A DNA stretch of 64,000 nt from a virus. The position numbers were made by a program, and so were the translations under genes. The stretch is taken from positions 32,001 through 96,000 of the IMG/VR virus record IMGVR_UViG_3300005573_000054. One strand, 5' to 3'. The notes under the pieces are model-generated. The model saw nothing but the letters and a program-made list of their open reading frames with translations, did no database searches and had not been told where the DNA came from. This document shows positions 57,123 to 64,000 of this stretch, piece after piece. How positions within the stretch are numbered: position 1 is the stretch's first letter; each line of letters opens with the position of its first letter.

Positions 57123-59804
57123 ATGATAGCAGTTTCACCAGGTGTCTATACAAGTATTACTCCTTTGAGTAGCTACGTTCAAGAAATACCTTCTAGTACT
57201 GGGTTCATCTGCTTTTTCTCAAATAAAGGTCCAGATAACCAACTGAAGGTAGCGACAAGTGTAAATTCTTTTCTCAAACTGTACGGAGATCCCGATTACT
57301 TGAAATATGGTGCTGTGTATGGTGGTGGTCAGCACGTGGCCTTTTCTTTCATTCAGACTTCTCCTAAGTGTTACGTAATGAGAGTGTTACCGTATGATGC
57401 CACTTATGCAAATAGGATGTTCTTCTTTGGAGCAGAAAAACCGTTTAGGTTACAGTCTAAGGTAGGAAGTGTAACTCTTTCTTTCAGTGCAACAACAGGA
57501 GTAATGAGTTTTTCAAGTAGTGGTATACAAATACTGGGTGATGGATATCTTACTGCAGAGTTTCCGACATCAGATGAAAATGTGTGGTTGATTGTTCGTC
57601 AAGATGGAGGTATGTCTGTAAGAATTAGTGGTGCAAGATCAATGAATGAAGCGACACTTCATCTGATGTCTGGTTCCGATGTAACTGGTTCGATAAGAAT
57701 CGATGCAAAAGGAAACATTTATGTTAACGGACATGGCTCTGCTACAATAGACTGTACAGATCCGTCAACAGGTTCAGTGTTTATGTTTGCCGATGATATC
57801 GACATGTTTGTCTATGATAAACCCATAAACAATGTTACTTCAAAGGATTCTGTGGATCTTGAAGTGATAAAGAATAATCTGAAATCTACATTTAGACCTC
57901 TTTACTCACTTTCTGGATATGGAGTAATCATTGGGTCTCAGATTGATGCAACAACTTATAACGTCTTGAAAAGAAGACTCCTTCCAAAAGAAAGATCTCT
58001 AGTTAAACAACTTCTTGTAGTACCTGATCTAACGGGAAATACTTATTATACTGTAAAAATTGATCCTAATACTATGAACTTCCAGATTGATCAACTTGAT
58101 ACAGCTAAGTGGGATGTTGAAGACTCGAGACCTTACCAAGTTGTTATAGGTCAAGATATTTATGAGCTTAAGTATGATGAAGCAAATACAAGACTGGTGT
58201 GGAAACAAGTTTCAGGGCAAGTTGATGATCTATGGAACAGTTTTATGTTCGATATGTCTCCTATGTTGATGGTGTTTGGGAAGTATAGGGGTCAATATTA
58301 TAATGGTTACAGAATTAGCTTCTTGAGTGTTCTAAATAGGGAAAATACGTTTTCGTTTAATGTTTACGAATATAAGAAGGTTTCAAAAACCGAGGCCTTG
58401 GCGGGAAGCTACTATATTAGCTTTGATCCTGATGCTGTTGATCAGTCTGGACAGACTATATTTATCAAAGATGTGATTGATAGATATAGTGAAGACGTGG
58501 AAGTGAAAGTCTATTCTTATGAAAAGTACGATGAGTTAATCGAGTTCTTGAATAATTATGGTTATTTGATTCAAGCTAAAGTTGTATCAGATGTGACTAC
58601 TCTTCTAACTCCTGGGTGGTATTATATAAAGAAAGATGCAACTGTTGGAACTAATACTTTTTCAATAGATTTTTCTGACTATCTTGGACGATTAGTGTTT
58701 ATAAGGTCAGATGGTCACTTGTTTAATAATAATAACCTTGTGTTTTCTACGAATATTGGAGCAATATTAACCAACGAAGATATCATTTTTAAAGACGAAG
58801 AAACAAACACTTGTCAATATTTAACTCCAGATGAGATTATACTTCCTTTTAAGTTTATACAAAATACGTTAGTTGAACACTCTATATCTGATTATCTTTA
58901 TGGTGAGGGAGTAAATCTTGGTGCAGGTACTGATGGACAGTTGTTTTTACCAAATGGAAAAATTAATGATAGTATCGCTAAGTCTCTTCTTGTCAACGCG
59001 TATACAGGACAGATAGATCCAAATGTTACCGATACAGAGTTTGTGTGGTATGATATAGTCTTAGATGGAGGATATCCGACTGACGTAAAGAGTGCGATTG
59101 TGACGCTTGTTCATGAAATAAGAAGGGATTGCATAGCTTTGCTTGATAATGGTGATAATAAAGATCCACAGGAAGCTCTTGATACTCGTATGAAACGTCA
59201 TACGTGGAACTCTGAATACGTAGCAGTCTATGAACCCTATATTCAGATCTATGATCAGTTCTCAGGACGTGATATCTGGGTATCACCTGTGTATGCAGTG
59301 GCAAGGCTTCTTGCTTTAAATGATAGGGTTAATGAAGTTTGGTACGCTGTAGCAGGTTACAGAAGAGGTATGACTCCTGTAATCAAGGGTATTAGATATA
59401 GCCCAAGGTTGAGTGAAAGAGATGACTTCTACCTGAACCAGATTAACCCCTTTGTGAACTTTAGAGAAGGAACAGTCTTGTGGGGTCAGTTAACTTCAAG
59501 AAGGATGACAGACGCTCTACAGAACTTGAACGTTATGAGATTAATACTTTACTGTAAGAGAGCGTTAGAACAGTACTGCAAGTACTTCATCTTTGAGTTC
59601 AATGACTCTATAACTTGGGAAAATATTAAGAAGGGAGTTACGGGATTCTTGGCTGATGTTCAGAGAAGAAGAGGTCTGTATAGCTTCAGTGTTAATGTCT
59701 GGGCTGATGAATACGCTATTCTAAGGAAGTCGGCGTATCTTGATGTAGTGTTGTTCCCGACAAGGGCTCTTGAGAAGATTTACTTGAACTTCTACGTAAA
59801 GTAA
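57123..59804 (+). CDS. Contractile tail sheath protein
   Basis: VSPGVY, KGP, WYAVAG..RG, QINP, WGQLT, LNVMRL, FEFND. Confidence 0.92.
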   Translation: MIAVSPGVYTSITPLSSYVQEIPSSTGFICFFSNKGPDNQLKVATSVNSFLKLYGDPDYLKYGAVYGGGQHVAFSFIQTSPKCYVMRVLPYDATYANRMFFFGAEKPFRLQSKVGSVTLSFSATTGVMSFSSSGIQILGDGYLTAEFPTSDENVWLIVRQDGGMSVRISGARSMNEATLHLMSGSDVTGSIRIDAKGNIYVNGHGSATIDCTDPSTGSVFMFADDIDMFVYDKPINNVTSKDSVDLEVIKNNLKSTFRPLYSLSGYGVIIGSQIDATTYNVLKRRLLPKERSLVKQLLVVPDLTGNTYYTVKIDPNTMNFQIDQLDTAKWDVEDSRPYQVVIGQDIYELKYDEANTRLVWKQVSGQVDDLWNSFMFDMSPMLMVFGKYRGQYYNGYRISFLSVLNRENTFSFNVYEYKKVSKTEALAGSYYISFDPDAVDQSGQTIFIKDVIDRYSEDVEVKVYSYEKYDELIEFLNNYGYLIQAKVVSDVTTLLTPGWYYIKKDATVGTNTFSIDFSDYLGRLVFIRSDGHLFNNNNLVFSTNIGAILTNEDIIFKDEETNTCQYLTPDEIILPFKFIQNTLVEHSISDYLYGEGVNLGAGTDGQLFLPNGKINDSIAKSLLVNAYTGQIDPNVTDTEFVWYDIVLDGGYPTDVKSAIVTLVHEIRRDCIALLDNGDNKDPQEALDTRMKRHTWNSEYVAVYEPYIQIYDQFSGRDIWVSPVYAVARLLALNDRVNEVWYAVAGYRRGMTPVIKGIRYSPRLSERDDFYLNQINPFVNFREGTVLWGQLTSRRMTDALQNLNVMRLILYCKRALEQYCKYFIFEFNDSITWENIKKGVTGFLADVQRRRGLYSFSVNVWADEYAILRKSAYLDVVLFPTRALEKIYLNFYVK

Positions 59805-59825
59805 ATAGATAGGAGGTTATGATAA

Positions 59826-60530
59826 ATGCCTTGGAATGATAATGTTTTTACGAGAGTTTTTGGTGGTACAAAAGAGACGTATGTAGGTGACCCGTTTGTA
59901 CGAGGTTATGGATACTGGTGGATAGATCTACCAGAGAGTCTTAAAGACGTGAGTGCGGCTGATAGTGCGAAACTCGCGGCGCTTGCTCGTGGAGTAACAG
60001 GACTTGCTTCAATCACTCTTGATGTGGAAGATATAGAGGGTCTCGGTGGAGTAAGGTTTGCTATTCCTACAAAGTTGACTATGCCAAGTAGAGTGTCGGT
60101 AACGTATATGGAAGTTCAACAGAACTTTATCTTCAACTTGCATAACAGATGGATCAATATGATTAGAGACCTTAGGTATGGTACAACTGCTCTTATGGGT
60201 CTTGATGGATATACTAAGTCGAAGTACTCGGGAATAGGGTACACCTGGTTGACTCTTCCCGACGGTGAGACGATAGTAGAAGCATACGTCTTGACAGGTC
60301 TTGTACCCACGACTCTTCCTGTATCAGACATGGGATTTGAGCTTGGTACTGTAGGTAAGGTCGATCTGACGATCGAGTACGCATTCGACCATATTTACTT
60401 CTACAGGATTCCCGATGAGAGCGCTTCTGCTACAAGTACTGGAATCTCTAGCGCGTTTGAGAGTAAGTTAAAGGGTCTAATTGGAGAAGTCAAGAAGTAT
60501 TATCAACAGTTTAACAACTCACTGGCTTAA
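59826..60530 (+). CDS. Tail tube protein
   Basis: Directly after the sheath gene; V.Y.E...W, L.PDG......Y...G..P, IEYAFD pattern. Confidence 0.7.
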   Translation: MPWNDNVFTRVFGGTKETYVGDPFVRGYGYWWIDLPESLKDVSAADSAKLAALARGVTGLASITLDVEDIEGLGGVRFAIPTKLTMPSRVSVTYMEVQQNFIFNLHNRWINMIRDLRYGTTALMGLDGYTKSKYSGIGYTWLTLPDGETIVEAYVLTGLVPTTLPVSDMGFELGTVGKVDLTIEYAFDHIYFYRIPDESASATSTGISSAFESKLKGLIGEVKKYYQQFNNSLA

Positions 60531-60544
60531 TAGATAACATATTC

Positions 60545-60569
60545 GACCCTCTACCTTGAGTAGAGGGTC
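60545..60569 (+). terminator. Hairpin after the tail tube gene
   Basis: GACCCTCTAC-CTTGA-GTAGAGGGTC, weak T tail. Confidence 0.6.
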
Positions 60570-60589
60570 CATCTTTCCACGTAAAAGTC

Positions 60590-60601
60590 GATATATATAA
60601 T
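60590..60601 (+). promoter_or_regulatory. Putative promoter element GATATATATAAT
   Basis: Identical to 5677-5688. Confidence 0.5.
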
Positions 60602-60604
60602 TAT

Positions 60605-60795
60605 GAGGGTAGACGCCTCGTAGCCCTGTTCCCGAGGGCGTCTATTCCTCTGAAAACGTTGAGGTTCGGGAGTTCAGGGGGCGGTTTTGTGCATCCCACC
60701 GCCATACCGAAAAGGATGCACTGGAGGGCACGCTCTTTGAAAGCCCTGGAGCTCCCGCATGTGCCCTCCACCCTCCTAATTCCCCTCCTTTTTTT
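60605..60795 (+). ncRNA. Unknown multi-pseudoknot structured RNA (~190 nt)
   Basis: GC-rich island with five helices, two of them crossing; promoter-like motif upstream and T7 downstream. Confidence 0.7.
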
Positions 60796-60915
60796 GTGTA
60801 GCAATATTTTTTTCTTGCTTTGAAACAAATCGAACCAGCGAGAACGAGTGAGAAAGTCTGAGATACACGAGGGTTATTTTTTCTAACGTCTCTTCTGTAC
60901 AAATAGGATTTAACT

Positions 60916-62391
60916 TTGCATCAAAGGGAGAAACAAGTGCAAGAAACTCAACAGGATCAAGCCTCACAGAAAGCAGTATCCCTTCTTCCCTTTCAGGAAC
61001 AAGTCGTAAAAAAATTCTTCACAACTTCCAATGGTAAACTCTTGGTTGGCCTTCCAGTGGGAACTGGAAAAACGATTATCACACTTAAGATAATTGAGCA
61101 CCTTTTCAGAGAAAACCCAGACGCAAGAGTACTAATTATTACTCCGGCGGGTCTACGACTTAACTTCGTGGAGAGTAGGTCTAAAGTCCCAGATGTTCCT
61201 CCAATCGTGATGTGTACCTCTTTTTCTCAACTTAAGAGTGTTATCAATGCTGGAAGTATACCAGTGATCAGTTATAACTTTATCGTTAAGTTAGTGAATA
61301 GTTCTGAATTCGTGGCTCTCGAGTGGGACCTTGTGATCTTCGATGAGCTTCATTTTACGAAGAACTACCAAACTCTTACGTCAAGAGCATGTGTTCTGTT
61401 GGCTTCGAGATCTAAAATGAGGTTAGGTCTCACTGCGAGTTATATAGCCAATAAGTTGGAAGAGTTTGCTACGATGTTGTATATTATAACTTTAGATGAG
61501 TTTGCGAAGACGTTGACAAGTATTGAAAAGATTAGAATCTATTCTTTTTTTATTAAGAAGTACACTTTTATAGTAAAAGAGGAAGAAGTTAATATTCATA
61601 TAAGAAGGCCTTCGCTTCAGTTTACGAGAGTTCCTTGTGTTCTTTCAGAGCAGGAGAATATCGCTTATAAATACGTAGAAGGAAAACTTAATCCTATGAC
61701 TTTACTTAAGATGAAACTTCTACAATTTACTGATTTCAAAAGAGTCCTTAACTGGGTTATAGCCGCTCAACAAGTACTTCTCTTTCCCGCGTATATTATT
61801 AAATCGGAACCTGATTCTCCAAATAAACCAACAGGTATTTTTCCTGAAGTTGGAATAAAGGTAATAGAGTGTGCTCGTCATATTCTTGAAAACGAAGCGG
61901 CTAAACATATGGTCTTTACTCCGTACGTGACATTCGGAGTAAACGTTATTGAGAACTTTTTTTCTCATCATGGAATTCGTTGTCTTAAATATGTAGGTGG
62001 AACGTCTCTTGAAGAACGACAAGAAATAATATCTAAGTTTACAGACCCAGATAGTGGTTATAATGCTATTATTTTATCACTGGCTGGAAAAGAAGGTATA
62101 AATCTTCCAAACACAGATTTTATTCATTGTTTAGGATACCACTGGAACCCTGAAGTGATGGCTCAGGTGTTCGGAAGAGCAAGGAGGATGACTTCTACGA
62201 AACCAGTTGTTGAAGTAAGGCTGTATGAGGCTATAAAACCTCATTCTAAGTTGAAAGCGCTTTTTATGGGGTTTTTTAGTAAGATGAAGTTTTTAGCGTC
62301 TATTATTACTATCGATGGAATGATGTTACAGGCATTGAAGAGGAAGTCGATACTTAAGGCTGTTGTAGTAGAAACGATTCATAAATCATGA
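60916..62391 (+). CDS. SNF2-like SF2 helicase (start uncertain)
   Basis: PVGTGKT, DELH, LTAS, GKEGINL, HWNP, QVFGRARR. Confidence 0.88.
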   Translation: MHQREKQVQETQQDQASQKAVSLLPFQEQVVKKFFTTSNGKLLVGLPVGTGKTIITLKIIEHLFRENPDARVLIITPAGLRLNFVESRSKVPDVPPIVMCTSFSQLKSVINAGSIPVISYNFIVKLVNSSEFVALEWDLVIFDELHFTKNYQTLTSRACVLLASRSKMRLGLTASYIANKLEEFATMLYIITLDEFAKTLTSIEKIRIYSFFIKKYTFIVKEEEVNIHIRRPSLQFTRVPCVLSEQENIAYKYVEGKLNPMTLLKMKLLQFTDFKRVLNWVIAAQQVLLFPAYIIKSEPDSPNKPTGIFPEVGIKVIECARHILENEAAKHMVFTPYVTFGVNVIENFFSHHGIRCLKYVGGTSLEERQEIISKFTDPDSGYNAIILSLAGKEGINLPNTDFIHCLGYHWNPEVMAQVFGRARRMTSTKPVVEVRLYEAIKPHSKLKALFMGFFSKMKFLASIITIDGMMLQALKRKSILKAVVVETIHKS

Positions 62392-62455
62392 TTTTTTCTT
62401 AGTCTAGAACAAACGAAGATTAAAGATCAAGTATATCTATGGAGGTATCCAAAGT

Positions 62456-64000
62456 ATGATACGTCGTATTGACGAACATACGCTAGTTTTTGATTCTGAT
62501 ACTGTTGATTATATACATGCGTCTAAGACGCCAGTGGCTAATCAGCTTCTTGCTCTTGATAATAATGCTAAATTTCCACATGTGGCTTTATACGCAAGTT
62601 ATTCACCTGGACAGAATACAATACCAATTGTAGATACGGATGGAATTTTAAAAATACCGGGGGGAGTGTGGTTAGCTACAGCAAGTGGCAATGTTGGTGT
62701 TGGGACGACGAGTCCAGCTGGAAAGTTGCAGGTTTCGGGAGGTAATGCAATATTTGATGGCAACGTCGGCATCGGAATAACTAGTCCTTCCGAAAAACTT
62801 CATGTTGTGGGCAATATAGGGATATCAGCAGGTGCGAATGCGTTTATTGGGACAAAAGATAATTACGCTTTGAGTCTGAGAACTAACAACGCTGATAGAA
62901 TTTTTATAACAAGTGGTGGCGATGTTGGTGTTGGGACATCAGCTCCGGGATATAAACTGGACGTGAATGGCGTTATTAGAGCAACAAGTTATATTAAAGC
63001 TGAGAGTTATTTACAAAGCTATTCAACAACTCCATATGTAGATTTTTATCAGAGTGGTGTACAAGAATGGAAGATTGGACAACTTACAGCCGGTAGCGGC
63101 ACGTTTACTATTCAAGCAACCGGAACTACTGATCCTGACAAAGTCACAATTTTAACATCTGGCGACGTCGGCATTGGGACAACAACACCTCAGGCAAAGC
63201 TGGATGTAAATGGGAAGATACGTGCATCACAAGCTACTCAAGCTGGAGAAGTTGTAACAGCAGATAGAACCATTAACACGGGTATTGGTCTTCAGGGTGG
63301 AGGAAATCTTACAGCGGATAGAACAATATCTTTAACGAACACAGGAGTTGTTGCGGGAACGTATGGAGATGCAACACATGTGGGACAATTTACCGTGGAC
63401 GCACAAGGAAGAATAACTAGCGCAACTAACGTCCAGATAACTGGTGTGTCGCCTGTAGGGTCAACTTTAACTAGTGGACGTATATGGGTGGGAAATTCGA
63501 GTAATCAAGCTGCTGAAGTGTCTGTGACTGGTCACGCTACTTTATCCAATACTGGAGTACTCACGATATCAGATGGAGCAATTACAGATTCGAAAGTAGC
63601 TAACAACGCAGGTATAGCGTGGACTAAAATATCTAAGAGTGGGTCTAATTTAGCAGATTTACAGACGAGAAGCGCGAGTGATTTAAATAGTGGAAATCTA
63701 GATATAGCGCGGATGCCCTTGGGGGGAAACTGGGTATTAACTAGCAGTTTAGGTATAACTGGAGCTAATGTTGGTATCGGGACAACAACACCTCAGGCAA
63801 AGCTGGATGTAAATGGGAAGATACGTGCATCACAAGCTACTCAAGCTGGAGAAGTTGTAACAGCAGATAGAACCATTAACACGGGTATTGGTCTTCAGGG
63901 TGGAGGAAATCTTACAGCGGATAGAACAATATCTTTAGCGAACACAGGAGTTGTTGCGGGAACGTATGGAGATGCAACACATGTGGGACAATTTACCGTG
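62456..64000 (+). CDS. Tail fibre protein, 3'-truncated by the window (absent from the ORF track)
   Basis: GGAGG RBS, MIRRIDEHTLVFDSDTVD..., repeated G[ND]VG[IV]GTT.P..KL.V.G motifs and GL.GGG.L..DRT / V.AGTYG..TVDAQGRIT modules. Confidence 0.88.
   Translation, partial: MIRRIDEHTLVFDSDTVDYIHASKTPVANQLLALDNNAKFPHVALYASYSPGQNTIPIVDTDGILKIPGGVWLATASGNVGVGTTSPAGKLQVSGGNAIFDGNVGIGITSPSEKLHVVGNIGISAGANAFIGTKDNYALSLRTNNADRIFITSGGDVGVGTSAPGYKLDVNGVIRATSYIKAESYLQSYSTTPYVDFYQSGVQEWKIGQLTAGSGTFTIQATGTTDPDKVTILTSGDVGIGTTTPQAKLDVNGKIRASQATQAGEVVTADRTINTGIGLQGGGNLTADRTISLTNTGVVAGTYGDATHVGQFTVDAQGRITSATNVQITGVSPVGSTLTSGRIWVGNSSNQAAEVSVTGHATLSNTGVLTISDGAITDSKVANNAGIAWTKISKSGSNLADLQTRSASDLNSGNLDIARMPLGGNWVLTSSLGITGANVGIGTTTPQAKLDVNGKIRASQATQAGEVVTADRTINTGIGLQGGGNLTADRTISLANTGVVAGTYGDATHVGQFTV
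63176..64000 (+). repeat. Internal duplication of at least 222 bp in the tail fibre gene
   Basis: 63176-63397 versus 63779-64000; offset 603 bp (201 codons); one mismatch seen (63335 A / 63938 G). Confidence 0.92.

Noticed and set aside
60601-60967. Three short minus-strand ORFs
   Set aside because: They overlap a GC-rich island better explained by RNA helices with + strand G-U pairs
1-64000. tRNA, rRNA, integrase, transposase, intein or intron
   Set aside because: None recognisable by eye

Overview
A 64-kb segment of a large, AT-rich myovirus-type (jumbo-like) phage, with essentially all genes on the + strand and strong GGAGG ribosome-binding sites. In order it carries: (1) phage RNA polymerase subunits (partial beta', beta split into two genes) and FolE; (2) an accessory block with a MoxR-type AAA+ ATPase, a HExxH/vWA partner and 15 tandem paralogs (a 16th lies at 26.8 kb) built from a 27-aa ankyrin-like repeat; (3) a ~2.8-kb repeat-rich non-coding region; (4) nucleotide, replication and DNA-modification genes (NrdG, split NrdD, Gat-QueC, SpeD, UDG-PolB fusion, resolvase, DpdA/TGT-like, DnaB-like helicase); (5) morphogenesis genes (charged-repeat core protein, baseplate, sheath, tube), an SNF2-like helicase and a tail fibre cut by the window edge. 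The best candidate for a new system is the repeat-gene array. Its variable positions coincide with the positions randomised in engineered DARPins, it has constant N- and C-caps and shows repeat shuffling, and it sits on DNA saturated with a strand-specific CAAG motif. Several GC-rich pseudoknotted or anti-Shine-Dalgarno RNA candidates are also present. All calls come from motif reading by eye; no database searches were run, and counts are manual.
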